A stretch of 64,000 nt of DNA from Epiperipatus broadwayi (lineage: Eukaryota > Animalia > Onychophora). The DNA is taken from the NCBI GenBank assembly GCA_028023455.1, contig JAQFVV010000002.1, positions 310,001-374,000 on the forward strand. The letters run 5' to 3'. Under the pieces are notes generated by a model. That model saw only the letters and a program-made list of their open reading frames with translations, ran no database searches and was not told where the DNA came from. The translations under genes and the position numbers were made by a program. Positions 35,720 to 50,062 of this stretch are shown here, in pieces; position 1 is the stretch's first letter, and each line of letters opens with the position of its first letter.

Positions 35720-37960
35720 TGTCTGATTTAGATTTTAGTCACTTCCAGTTCTAGTGTGAACTTGCCTCACTGCTATAGCTATATTGTGGATGACATACAT
35801 ACTGCCATTCAGTTCTGACAGCAAATTGTTATTGTCTGACTTTACCCCCAATAGGATACTATTTAGAATCTGATCCCTTATCATAATAAAAACAATTCGA
35901 TTCACTGGGCAACATTAAAAACCATTGGCCTGTTTCTTCTATTGTATATATGTTATTTATTCATATAGCTAATAGTCTGTGGCAATGAATGCTCAATTCG
36001 ATTGAGGTAAGTAAGGTGAAATATAACATTTCCTCTTCCTGTTTAAAATTCATCCTGGAGAAGGTAGTCATTTAGATGCTTTGATGGATGTCTTTATCAC
36101 TTTTTGGCTTCACCAAATTTGGAGACATCATCAGCAGGTTTAGTGTCTTCACTTGCAGATCTGGTGAAAATTTTGTGGACTTATTACTGTTGGCTAGCTT
36201 TTCTTCATTGTTGGCGAATGACTCTTCACTGTTAACTGATAATGTGTAATTCAACCTTATCTGGATTTCTGTGTTTGTGGTATTAATATCTATTACCTTT
36301 CTGAGCAACCACTGTTTGCAATACTTTTAATTTGATTGCTGGAATCCATTTGGTGATTTCCTTAAACATATAACATGGAATTGAGCACCTATCTACATTT
36401 TAGAACTTTTATTTTCATGGTTTGTCCTAAGGTTCAAATCTGGTTAGACCCTTTTTTATTTTATTTTGCTCTTCTAGCTTTTTGAATGGACTCTTCATGG
36501 TCTTTTGAATGACTTGTTTCTTCTTTTTAAAGCAAGCAGCTTCTGTGTGACTAACACACTTGCAATATCTACACCCTATACACTAGTGTTGGCATTTGGT
36601 GTGTGTGGTGTTTTGGTTTAGCACTTCTATAAAAAGTCTGACAATATCATTATCAATAGTAGATCCTGTAAGCTTGTCCTGATTTAAAAAATCTTAAAAT
36701 TATCTGACTTTTCAAACAACAGCTTTAATACTGGGACTACTTACTATATAATGGAGTAATCTAACTTAATGTAGACTCAGATTGAATCACCTATGAAACA
36801 GCAGAATATCAGGGTCCATCAAATGATCCTAATCTTATAGACTTGCTTTTCACAAATGAAATGATCTCTCAAAACTTCATTGATGAAGTCTTTAAAGTTA
36901 TAGTGAAGAACTAGCTTTCTGAGTTTAACAGCAAATCTCTCACTTTTTCCCCTACCCCTTGTGAATTGAGATTGAAATGATATCTCTGCATTATTATTAA
37001 TTATTTAGAAATGCAAAACAATAGATAGTACTTTGTGTAAATCAGATTCACCCAGAAGTACAAGGGCTGTCTGCCCAAGTAATATATCTTATAATTAACA
37101 TCTGCATAGACACAAATTATCAGTAAGTTTTAATTCAGACTTTTTAATTTTATTAAGCTTCATGCAGAACAGAACTCAATCTATGTAAAATGGCTAATTT
37201 TCAGGATAGGCCAGATTGAATTCTTTTAATGAGCCAAATGTAGCAATTTTGAATTTTTTTCCTTCTTTCTTTCTGCTATAAGAGAGAGAAAAATTTTTTG
37301 TATAGTTAATGAGCAACTCACTCGTGATTGCTTTTTTAAAATTTTTTTATTGACTCACTAATAATGTTAGTTATCAACTTTTAGTACTTAATGACAAATA
37401 TCTATAAAACAACAGAGCTAAGATCCTGTCGTGACTGTACACAATTGTTGTGTGTTTTGCATAAATTATGATAAACACAGATTTGTAAGAACTTAATTAA
37501 ATATTTATTATTTAAAACAAATATAAAAATGCATATTTACAATATATTCAACTGTTATACCTTCATCTGCTACCATAGACTTGGTATAGTGTTTGGCTGT
37601 CATGTAACTATTACTGTAAGGGACTTCAGGTACCTTTCCAGATTTACCTACCACTTCCGGCTGTACCACAGCAGCTTGCCATATGTCTAATTAAGGTTCT
37701 ACCAGTTTCCAGTTCTAGCGTAATCTTGTTTCACTCCTTTAAATGTATTGTGGACAAAGTGCTTGCTGCTATTACAGTCTGACAATAAATTATTTTTTGA
37801 CTTTACCTTCATCTGGACTATTTATAGCCAGATATCTTTCCACAATGAAAAAAATTGGATTCACTAAGCATCATCACCCATTGGCCTGTTTTTCTATTTG
37901 ATATTTGTTATCCCTACATCTATTGGTCTATGACAATGAATTTTCAATCCGATTGAGATA
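35720..37960 (+). repeat. Two diverged ~290-bp direct repeats (35720-36005 and 37680-37960)
   Basis: Shared blocks in the same order: TTCCAGTTCTAG, TATTGTGGA, GACTTTACC, GATTCACT, CCATTGGCCTGTTT, CAATGAAT..TCAAT.CGATTGAG. Confidence 0.75.
36060..36700 (-). pseudogene. Possible non-LTR ORF1-like remnant
   Basis: Low-complexity S/K/N-rich open stretch on the minus strand; no unambiguous motif. Confidence 0.25.
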
Positions 37961-38293
37961 AAATAGAATCTTGACAAGTCTATTAGTTGATCAAATTAAA
38001 GTAAGATATAACACATGTAAAGACATGAATAAAACCATTTACATTTTAAAAAGTTGTCTATAATATTAAAAAATTAAAAAAGAAAAAAAAATGAATTAGG
38101 TTTGTTGTAAGAAATATAAAAAAAAAATGTGAAAAATTCATGAAAACTAAAAAAAAATAAAATAAAGACTTACAAGGTAATCTTACAAAAGATAGATCAT
38201 GATATAAGATCTTTAAAAAGTAGTGTATGATGATAAAGAAATCTTTCACTGTAGGTTTATTGCAACATATCAATATACAGGTAAAATAAAATA

Positions 38294-38470
38294 TATTAAA
38301 CAAGGCAAAACTCTCTCCATACAGTAGTGTCACTCTGTGCCAACCAGAGTAATCATTGGCATCCATTGATTACTCTGGTCGGCACAGGGATGGCTCTACT
38401 GTATGGAGAGAGTTTTGCCTTGTTTAATAACAATTATGTGCTAGAATAAGAGATGGTGATCATGTGATGC
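38294..38470 (+). mobile_element. Family-A 3' fragment folded into a near-perfect 62-bp hairpin (38294-38355 / 38367-38429)
   Basis: The outer 34 bp are perfectly complementary. The right arm plus ATGGTGATCATGTGATG matches family A at 7770-7885(-), 8030-8088 and 54657-54730. Confidence 0.9.
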
Positions 38471-40401
38471 TTAGATCACTATATGGTAGATGCCCAATAA
38501 TCATTCAAATAAAAACAATACAAAAGTCATTATCAGTAAGCATTTGAATTGCTGTAATATGACAACTTTTACAGGTTCTCTGCTTTTTGTTTTACTGATT
38601 TGCTAAACACAGCAAAACACCCATTTATCTTGGTGTAATATTTGGCTAAGAATGTATCGCCATTGATTAATCTTGAGTAGCTAACTACTTCCGGTATAAC
38701 TCTGAAATCCTTAGTCGATGATATGGAAGACACTGCACAAATCACTATTCAGAAAATTTGTTCATATATCATATATATATATTAAACAAAAACAAAATAG
38801 TGAAATTAATTTTATAATTTTTACTATACTAATCTATAAATAAATATCAATTATAGTTACTTAACATTATGACAACCATCTTGGGTAACATTCTATTCAA
38901 GATGGCAACCAAACATTAAACCTAGCAATAACTGTTATTTATTTATATATAGATATAATGAAAACTACATAATTAATTTTAGAGTTTTGGTTTTAATATA
39001 TATATACTATATTAGTAGTTTCAATATAAATGGTAAAAGCGGCCAAACTATTTCCTAAATCTAATTAAAATTTATTTTATAACTCAAATATGGATACAAG
39101 TTTTTATTACAGTCTGATTATTATATTAAAAGATCATTTTCTATAAATGGAATGAAAACTAAGAAGCATTTTATTGATAATAATAAATTTAATTAATTTA
39201 AGTAAATGTAATTATATACGTCACTGAACAAAGACTACAATTTTATTCAGATATGAATTAGGTTAAATGTGAAAAAAAAAGTTCTATTAAACATTATATA
39301 GCCGAGTATATTATTTTCTTTTATTAAACAATAAGCAGAAATTTATACAATTTATTGAAATAGAATAAATAAAACATATTTTTATTTAGGCTAATTGAGT
39401 TACACACAAAAAATGTCAATAACAGTGACAACATATATATATATTATAAAGCGATAAGGGTTTAATTGAATAAAGTTTAGTAATTGAATTAACCATATAT
39501 AGATAGAAAATTAAATAAAAAAATATTGAGACATCAAATTTCAAATAAAGTTTTTAGTTTTATTATATGAAATTTAAGAAAAGAGCATTGGAATTTAAAA
39601 ATAAATTGTGAAAAGGATTTATAAGTAGGTGATTAAAAAAAACACAAAACTTATATGTATAAAGATGTTTTACGGAAGATAATGCAATATATAATATATA
39701 TAATTGCAAAAATAAGATTCTATAATAAATTGTGTTTTAATGTGGAAAACATGGAAAATTATTTTAAATTGATAATTTAATTATTCACACATGATTACTA
39801 TATATAACACCATGAGCCTGGTGATGTAGTATTTAAAATACTCATTTGCTATTTTTCTACCATTTGAGGTTGTAATGTGTGTAACACTTGATATTTTTAG
39901 ATTTAAGTAAGTTTTTGTAATTTTTTGAATAATATTCTCATAGACAGCTCCTCTAAGCATCTAATTATTTTTAACCAATAGAAAAAAGATAAAACTTTGT
40001 ATTCTAATTTAACTAACTTGATAACCACTATCGTTTGCTTCTTTGGTACTTTAATAAAAATGTATGATTACAATACCTATTTAATGACTATTTTATAATA
40101 TATATATATATATATAATTTATATCTATATAAGGATAGATTTACATTCGATTGTCAGAATGTATATCTGTTAGTGGATCTTAAGTATGTGTGTGCAAACA
40201 TGCATAATAAAACAAAGTATTTTAACGATATCACAGCCATAAAAATAAGATACACCATTTATTTTTAGACATAATAATTAAATCACAATATTTACATTAT
40301 TTTTTAATTTCCCACAACCAGATTACTGAACTCAGTATAAAGAAATAATTCAGCTTATGAAAATGCAGGATCAAAATATTAATCACAACAAATATATATA
40401 T

Positions 40402-43400
40402 TGTATAATGTTAGCGAGAGATATATGTTATAAAACCTATGTCTACATTACATGTTTCATAATTTTAAAAATATGTATATATGATTAAATTTATTTTAAA
40501 AAATAATTCATTAAGCAGATTTTAATATGCAAATTTGTAAAATAAAAAGATTGTCTTATATTATTCTTTTAAAACAGAATAAAACTATTGAGATCAGGTG
40601 GTGGAAAATCTAAAATAGAAAATATTTAAAACTCTCTTTTTTTAAAAAATAAGTAAATATGGAAAGTTAGAATAAAATTTGTTTGTAAATGAAAACTTTC
40701 AAAAATGCAATTAGTTTAAAAGATTACTGATTGAAATAATTAAAAGAAAAACATCTACACTATCTCATAACAGCGATAGTAGAATAATCTAAGAAAAGAT
40801 TTGATAACATGCAATGTAAAAATCAATTAAATTTACAAAATGGACTTAAGTTACGATCAAAATTAAAAATAATGATAAAAAATTAAAACAATAAGAGAGA
40901 GTGTATAAAAATTGCAACTGGCTATTGTTTTTTATTTCACTCTTCAGTCTGTAAATCATTGTGGTCTTCATTTTGTGATTGATTCATTACATTATACATT
41001 GCTTTAGAGATTCAGAAATCTAAAGACAAATAGAACCATTCATTACTGCAGCAGAAAATATTATTGCAGAAACCACAGAACTAGCAATATGCAGTGCTAG
41101 ATCATTTTAGAATTGTTTGACAGGCTTCAGGCCCCTAAGTCATCTTCAAATCAACTGCCTCATCTGGAACCAATGCCCAGAACAAATTCCTAAATTGTAA
41201 ATAGATGTTATCACAAACTCTCTCTCATTGTCAAGTCACAGAATGGAAGACAAGCCTGGAAACCATTGATGGAGATCAAAAAGTCAACTGTTTGGAAACT
41301 GACAATCATGAAAACCTAGGTAAAGATATTTTAATACTTGTCTATAGATACTTTATATTCATTTTAAATGAACTTTAATTAATGAAGGATTATTATAAAA
41401 TTTAGCCAGAAACTAATCATTTATATTTCTTTATGTAAAATATTATAGTTATATTATATTAGATCTGTGTGTGTTTGAATAAATATTAATATTTGCTCAA
41501 ATATTATTTGATCTATTTTTTCTTGTTCTTGCCACTGCATCATCATTAATTTCAAGTTATGAGTGTTATATGTGTTAAGTTAAATGTGCAGTACCCTGGT
41601 TAAGAGTATGAGCTAGCCTGGGATGTGTTAAGCACTAGATTGGGTGCCTGTTATCTGAAGCATGCTGACTATATAACATAAGGTTTTCTGGTGTCTGAGT
41701 TTGATACTCAAAAGAAATAAAATGGTTTTGATGGCAGGAGTTTGATTCTAGCAGTCAAGATGGGCCACAGTTAGGAAATGTAATCATGTTATGCTTTGTA
41801 TAGCTCAATCTGGCCATGGGTATCATTGATGGCTATGCTATCAATGGTATTCTCCCCTCTTCTTGAAGGTCCAGTTCATCCCAGTAGTATTAAGGATATA
41901 AAATAATAATTTCCAAGAAGTTAAGTATTAATCTTGATAATATGCTTACTAAAATGTAAGCTTGTGGTTAAGACCTGTAGAGGTCCCTACTATCGCATTT
42001 TTACATGCATATTAATTCTTGAGGTTACAGCCTTAGTAAATATTATTTAGATATTAAAGTAAATATTAAAACTTATTAAAGTTATATTCCCAAAATTAAC
42101 CTGGTTAATATGGAATTATTTGGGAGATCCAATTCAATACCATCCAACATGGGTGCCAAAGTGCCATAAATTGACCCAGCATAGTCAAAGTTAAAAAAGG
42201 AAAAAAAAATCATAATTAAAGTTTAAAAAAAAGTTTGAAACTAAAAATTAAATTGAACATTAAATTGCATAGTTATATAAGTGAAATCAGTGAGCAATGT
42301 GAGAAGAGCAATAGACCATAGCAAACAAATTATAATATGAAGAATCAAAATAATTAAAAAAATATACAATGTAAATAAAAAGGGGAGAGAAAAAAACAGC
42401 CAGAGAGATAAATAATTTATTATTGTGGGGTTGTTTATAGTCAGGTAGAAATTAGAGAGGACTGAGGGGGTTTGAGTTAGTCAAATACTTTGTTTGAGTA
42501 AAATATTTAAAAATAAAAGTTAATAAAATAAAATTTGTTTTATAAGAGTTAGTAATAAAAAAAAACTAATCTGTAATAGAACCAAAACAAAAATGGAAGC
42601 TCAAAATAATATAGAAGAAAATGAAATTACCAAGTTGTTGAGAAAAACTTTGGGAAATACCCAGAAATGGTTGATGAATGAATAGAATGATTAATACAGG
42701 TGATGAGGATACTCTGACAAGAAGATAGGAAAATACTAGGAAGCATGAAACTAGACCCGAGTATAAAACAGTTAATAGCTAAAATAGATGGAACTAAAAA
42801 TAAATAGGAAAGCACAAATAAGTATGTGTATTTAAATATCTCAAATACTGCAAATGAAATGGAACTAGAAAACAAGTATAATTTTGAACAAAATTTTAAG
42901 TCCAAATTAGAGAATAAGACCGACTCAGAAATTAAAACAACCAGAAAATAAGTCTGATTATGAAATTGAGCCAGAATCAGAATTCATTTCTGACTCAAAC
43001 AATAACCTTAAATTTGAAAATGAAGATGTATCAAAAATAGAACATAATGAAAAGGTAGTAGAAGGTAATATAAAAAAATCAAATAATGAAGACACTTGAA
43101 GAAAGGTTTGAGAAATACACAGAAATAATTAACAAACAAATAGAATGATGCATACAGAAAATACAGGAAATAACCCAAATACTAGAAGATAGAAAAATAA
43201 TAGCAAGTATAGATATAAGTGACATGACAAAAGAATAGAAATGGTAGAATTAAAAGGCAAGAAAGAGAATGTGAATTAAAAATTAATAGTGTAAATATTG
43301 ACAGTGTAAAACGGAAAAATGCAGGAATATATGCATATTTAAAGAATAGCCCTGTTAACATAAAGAAAGTTATAAAAATAAAATTAAGTGCTGAAAAGAA

Positions 43401-45227
43401 AGCAGTTAAGAAAATGGCCAAGTTACTTAAAGCATTCAACAGCATGAGGCCAGATTATGAAGCCAAAGAAAACAAGTTTAATCTCTTTGAAAGAGAGAAA
43501 AATATGAATATTATAGATTTAGGCTTGTATAAAAAAGATTGGGATAAAAGAAATAGATATAGGAAGACATATAATCAAAGAAAAAGGAATGATAAATGTA
43601 CTAACTGTGATCCAGAAACAAACCATTCAGAACACCAAGCCAGGCCCAGAAATAGGTCAAGATTTCCTGGTCCGAGCAGATATGCAAGAAACATAAAGGG
43701 GTTTAGAGTTTATATTAACTGAATGGATTTTTTTTGTTGTTTTTTTTTTAAAGAAAAAGTTTATTGTACAGAGATTATGAGGATGGAAATGAAAATTAAA
43801 TGTTTTTTTTTCTGAGAATTGATAATAGAAAGAATGCAAAATTAAACAAATAAAATATGTTTTTTTTTTGTTTTGAGAGTTAAAAAATGTAAAATTTAAT
43901 AAATAAAATATTTTAGAGAATCAAAATACAAAGATAAAAATAATAAATAAAGTGAAATCTGATAAATAAAATGTTGCAAAGTAATATTTCAAGTGAGTGT
44001 AAATTGTGTATGGGTTAATAGAGTCATGGAGGGGGAAGCATAGATAAAGTTGAGTAAGAAGTATTAAGTATAGGTTGTTGCTGGGTGAACGTAAGACCTG
44101 TAATGGGCATGAAAACAGGAGGGATAGTCCAATAGGATGAGGATCCAGTAGAAAGATCCTGGACCCATCTGACATGCTGGGAGATATCATCCCAGTCCCT
44201 TATCTAAAATAAATGTGCACACTGGAAAGAGAATTTGAGAGTAAGCTGCAAGTCGGTTTTGTGGAAAAAAATCCCAACATCATATAATAAATAAATCTCA
44301 TTTTAGCCTGATTTGAATGATAAGTGGATGAATACTCCCATTTGCAACAATCCCATATCTTCTAAAATGCAGACTCAAGTGAGAAAGTCCTGGGCTTATT
44401 CAATCCCCTGGAAGAGAAATTCCCAGGAAGTCGATAAATAGTTAAAGTATATTTTATTGCATAAGTCAGATGTGTTCTGCCATTCAAGGTATTTACTCCC
44501 TTTGTACACATTGAAAAGATGCATTTTGTCTCTGATGGTCATCACATATATGACATAATTGTTGGGAATCAATGTAGATTACAGCCTGTGAGATAAGAGC
44601 AGCATAACAAAGTTACCCTCTATGATTTGTTGATCTGTATGCAATTGGGTGCTTATGTTATAAAAGTAGTAAATAGATAAATAAAAATAAGAAAATCAAA
44701 TGGTAAAGCTAGAAAAAAGTTAAAAATAAATTGTAAGAGCTAAAACGGATCAAATTGGCACATCTTAACCCTCAAACTGGGGTGTGTGTGTGATGTAATA
44801 CTAGCAAGAGATGTATATTATAAAACCTATATATGTCCGCATTACATGTTTCATAATTTTAAGAAAACATATATGATTAAATTTATTTAAAGAAATAATT
44901 TGTTAAGCAGATTTTAAAATGCAAATTTGTAAAATAAAAAAGATTGCATTATATTGTTCTTTTAAAACAAAATAAAACTATTGAGATCAGGGAAAATCTA
45001 AAATAGAAAAGATTTAAAACTCTCTCCTTTTTAAAAATAAGTAAAGATGGAAATTTAGAATAAAATTTGTTTGTAAAAGAAAACTTTTGAAAATGCAATT
45101 AGTTTAAAAGATTACTGATTGAAGTAATTAAAAGAAAAACATGTAAACTGTCTAATAGAAGTGATAGTAAATTAATCTAATAAAAGAATAGATAATGTGC
45201 AATGTAAAAGTTAATTAGATTAACTCA
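40402..45227 (+). mobile_element. Probable Gypsy-like LTR retrotransposon relic (LTRs ~40402-40837 and ~44794-45227)
   Basis: ~430-bp direct repeats starting TGT. Gag-like K/E-rich remnants at 42.6-43.7 kb. Integrase-tail-like GAYVIKVV...GK (~44.65-44.75 kb). G-rich tract just before the right repeat. No clear TSD or PBS. Confidence 0.6.
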
Positions 45228-46331
45228 TATATAATATTTTAAATTTGTTTTATATTTATTTAGCAATAAAAAATATTTAAAGTTTAAACATTTTTAGTTG
45301 TAGTTTGTAAACTATATATATATATATTCTCACACTTCCTAGATTTAAATCCTTATAAGAACTTAGTTTTAAAATAAAAGAGAAAACATCAAAAGGTGAT
45401 GTTATCTCTGTTAACATAAATATAATCTCTTAATTTCCATTCTTTATCAAACTAAAAGTACATGAAAAAAATATAATTAACAAGTATGTATATATATATT
45501 AAATATAACAGTAATTAACCATTTCAGCATGAAATACCATCTCTTACTTTTCAGCATTTTCTGACAGATTTCTTTGTCTCACATGTCAATGTAAAATATA
45601 TAATAAAATGATTATTTCTTTTCAGAATATAATAAATTTGACTTCATTTGATAGATTTTTTTATTTACTACTGAAACAAATTTTAAATGTTCACATTTTG
45701 TTTTATAAAAATTAAAAAAATTAGTCCGTAATCAAAACAAAAACGTTATACATCATCATTTCTAGAAAGATTAATTTCAGTTTATAAAATCAATTATGCT
45801 TTAAAAGTTTACATTTTTTTAATATTTATTGCAAAATTATATTTTCTTGATATATTCTTACTCGTAAATAAAGTAGCTTCTTTATGTCAGAGTTAGAAGT
45901 TCTTAATTTGTTTCAGGCCACATTATATTTTTGAAAATATTTCAAGTCAAAATAAGTTATTAATAATTTTTATTTCTTGATATCTAATAAATATAGTGCA
46001 AATTATTTTTTAAAAAAAATCTAAAACCATAATAAATTCACAAATAAACATGTGTTTGCATCATTGGAAACTCCAATGTCATAAAATGTCAAATGTTTTA
46101 CAGCCTTGTCAGAAGACAATGGCTGATCATGTCAAGGTGGGGCCTATGTCTATTGTAAGAGCGAGAATTTTGAATTTTATGCTTTTTTCACTCATTTTTC
46201 AGGGGAAAAAAATTATTATAATAAAATATACCATTTTACATGCATTTTAATGTATAATCCTTACAAAAAAAATTCACCAGGGGGCGAATTGGCCAAAAGA
46301 CGTTTCTGAGCTGTCCCAAAATTCAAAAAGG

Positions 46332-46628
46332 TTAATTATTATATATAGCCTTTCAATCTGCAGAAGTATTTTCAGTTAAGGAATTAACTCAAATCTATTT
46401 TCTTCTGTTTCTAATCATGACTCAATCCTTCTTTTCTTTTCAAAATATACATTACATATAGCTATATTCTTTTCAAAAACTTTATTTGATGTATATATAT
46501 AGTCGAAACGTTGAAACAAGTGGATATATATATATATCAAATAAAGTTTTTGAAAAGAAAAGAAGTGTTTTAATTATAGAATTAACTCAAAGTAATTTTA
46601 TAGATTGAAAGGCTGTACATAATAGTTA
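46332..46628. repeat. Diverged fold-back with a half-HHR-like GTCGAAACGTT in the loop
   Basis: TTCTTTTCAAAAACTTTATTTGAT / ATCAAATAAAGTTTTTGAAAAGAA (24 bp perfect) and GCCTTTCAATCT / AGATTGAAAGGC. Confidence 0.85.
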
Positions 46629-47499
46629 ATTATCATTATATTTATTATTTTTATTGTTTTTACAATAGATTTTAATTAGTGGACATTTTATTTGTAATAT
46701 ATATGTATATATCAATTGCATAACACTGGCTGAAATTTCAGTATTGCAAAATCATTAACTACTAATAATAGAATAAATTCAGCAATGTTTTTTATGAAAC
46801 AAACACAAATTCTAAATAAAGGAGCATTAAAGAAGGATAACCTCTTATCAATTCTTTGTGAAGATGTTAAGTTAATTGAAATCCAGACTTACTTAAACAG
46901 GAAGTGTCAAAACTAAATTAACTCATCTTAATAACTAATAAACTAACATATTTCATTTTATGTATATAAAACAAGATTAATCAACAATTATTTAAGCTTT
47001 GAAAAACTTCCAAATACAACTATATAAGAAATAAATCAATTCCACAACACTATCTGAAATTCAAATATAATAAAATTTCTAACCTATTATGATAGGATAA
47101 ATTCCACAGCCCTACTTGTGAAACAAACACAAAGTTTTTTGAATTTATTTTATACTAATAGTTAATGATTATACTACATCTGAATTTCAGCTAGCATTAT
47201 GGTATTGGTCTTTGGAAGTTTTTCAAAGGATTTTTAATTAATTTTGCTTTGTATATGTGATTTGAAATACGTTTGTTGAGATAATTTATTTTTTCACTTA
47301 CTATTTAAAACAGTTTGGATTTCAATTTATTAAGATTTTCACAGAAAAATAATTAGAGATTACCTTTATTTATGCTGTTTTATTCAATCTTCATGTTATT
47401 TCACAAGTAATGCTGCTGAACTTATTCTATTGTTAGTGGTTTATGATTATAATATATATATATATATGTCAACCTGCTATCTTAATAAATAAATAAAAT

Positions 47500-49936
47500 A
47501 AATTTATTAATATTATTTTGTGATATTAAGAGCTATGGGACTAGTGTGTCTCTTTTTTGATACTTAGTCTGAGCATTTCCATTTTTGTTAATTTTCAATC
47601 TCTCTATTTTCACAGTTAGAATCAATATCACTTTTCGTTAGTGAAAATTTGTATAAGTGTCCATTTGCATCTCTATAACATATCAAAATTAAGTATTGGT
47701 TTTGTTTATTCATTGGCAATTGCATTTGTTGAATTTGGTAAATCATCAGATGCAGAGCTTAAACTAGAATTTGAAGCAGTTTTCATACAGAAGTCTTATT
47801 TACTTCTCTAACACTTAGGCGTTTTACCACTTGTTTCAAAATATTTTTATCTTTTGTTTTAATGACAAGTAGTTATTATAATAATCTTTTATCTAAAGCT
47901 TAATTTAGTTAAATAAGTAATTTTATATTCCCTGTTTCGAAGATGTTTTTTGTCAGGACTTTTTTTTATTAAAAAAATTAGTTGTAATCTTGTAAAAAAA
48001 GTTTGTCACATGATCAGTGATAAAATTTCTTTATGTTCTACAAAATATGATGCTTTGCAGGCATATTTTATTTATTTTCACTTATTTTTAATTATACTGT
48101 CAGATACATTTAATCTGTATTAGGTATCAAATAGGTGAAGTTCTTAATGCACTTTTGGAAATATCAGAAATAGTAAAAGATCTTCAAATTAAAAGTAATG
48201 CATAAGCATATAGCATCCCTCATCTTTTAATATGATTTACTTTTCCAGATAAATATTATTTGAAAAGAACTTTAAAATGATACCATGAATATTTCTGTAA
48301 TACTTTTATCATTTGAAAAAACTATGTTGAATGACCAGATATAGGAACACTGGATTAAAAAAAAAGGATTAGTTGAGGCAAAAATACTCGCAGAAGATTT
48401 GAAGATAATTTCAGAATCCAAATAAAAGTTTGATTTTAAAAAAAGTTATGAACTTGATGATAAGCCAATTGTTAATCATGCAGAAATGCTCAAAGTAAAT
48501 TTTTAAGCATAGTTCTGTATAAAACAAATCAAGCATTACATATTCGATTTGAACAATTAAAAAGTCATATGGATTTATTGGGATTTTTGAAAAAATTCAA
48601 AAAAAAAAAAAATGGAAAAAGACAAACTAAAAAACATTGCTCTAACAAACTCTAAAATCACACCAGAAGACTCATATACTGATTTTGTAAAGGAAATAGA
48701 TTTAATGCAGATATGTTGGTTGATGAAATAGAGGTTGTAAAAATTATTTTATTAGAATATTACAGAAAGCCTTCTAAAATATTTCAGTATCAAGCAGAAA
48801 ATGAATGATCTACAGCTGTTCCTAATCTCTTCATTGCTTTTCGGATTAATTTAATCACACCAGTAAGTATTGCTTTATGAGAAAGGATATTGTTTGATTT
48901 GAAATGAATAAAAAATTATTTAAGGTCATCTATGTCCCAAGATAGGCTAACAGTTTAGCAATCCTATTCTTTGAAAATCAAAAAGTATGACAACTAGATT
49001 TTAATTCAATTTTAAAAATCTTCTCCAAGCAAAAAATTTGAAAATGATTTTAAACATTGTTTTATACAGCTTCAATATAGATGGTATATAATTAATTTAA
49101 TCATCTCACAGTGCATTAGCACAGTGACAGTTTAAATTGTTTTCACTAGCTGAAAAATTTCAACCAAATTTTAATATTAAATCATAATTATTTTTCAGAA
49201 TATAATAAACTTGACTTCATTTGATAGATATTTTTGTTTAGAAATAAAGGAAATTCTAAAAAATTATATTTGACTTTTATATGTATTAAAAAATTACATT
49301 GTAATCAAACCAATTAGCATTTTCATCATCTACCCTTCAATGGAACAGTTTTATTGCAGAACACAAATGAAATCTTTATTATTTAATATTTGTAATTAAA
49401 ATGTGAGCAATAAATAATCAATATTTGATAAATGCATAAATTATAATTTAAAAGTTTACAAATATTTTAATAATTTTTACAAAAGTGCAATATATTCTAA
49501 CAGAGTGTCATTAGCAATAGCTTGTAACTGCTTTCCTGCAGTTGGCTTATTGAAAAATATAATATACTAATGTTAACAAATGTAAAGATCGTCAAGTGGC
49601 AATAGAAACCCATAAAGTAAGGTTTAAAATTGATTCAAGTTGCTGAATTTTCAGTTATCATGCTATTTATAGAAATTTTTTGGAATTAAATTATTAGAAT
49701 AAAATATAAATAATTTTAAAGATTTTTTTTTAAAAAGATGTTATTGATTTCTCTCAATAGATGGTAAATTGATTCTCATATGGAGTGATATCAAAAAAAT
49801 TAAGGAAGTTAAATTATATTATTCAATTAATAATTTTTATATTAAAAATGTATATTTATTTATAAAAAGACATATTTTGAAGATATCCCATAAATAATGT
49901 CCAATTGGACTCTAGCCCTAATTAAATCTGGCCCTG
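47500..49936 (+). mobile_element. Partial second hAT element (C-terminal dimerisation domain and right TIR)
   Basis: VPNLFIAFRI.LITPVS..ER...LK*IKNYLRSSMSQDRL at ~48.82-48.96 kb. The right end reads CAGGGCCAGATTTAA on the minus strand (49936). An N-terminal-like piece appears inverted at ~47.5-47.9 kb. No left TIR or TSD found. Confidence 0.7.
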
Positions 49937-50062
49937 GGTGTAAGTAATTAGTAATACAAACTAAAATATGTAGTTCTATTGTGAACATTTTACAAGATGA
50001 TTTTTTTCAAACTTTCAATATATAGATGAGCATACTTTTGGCCTAGTCAGTCAAATCCATAG

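Noticed and set aside
46278-46295. CAGGGGGCGAATT as the left TIR of the second hAT
   Set aside because: Weak match to the right TIR, and the flanking 8-mers (AAATTCAC vs GGTGTAAG) are not a TSD.
45600-49560. Direct repeat between ~45.6-45.95 kb and ~49.19-49.55 kb as a separate element
   Set aside because: Only the first ~40 bp align convincingly; probably decayed hAT 3' UTR sequence whose boundaries I cannot define.
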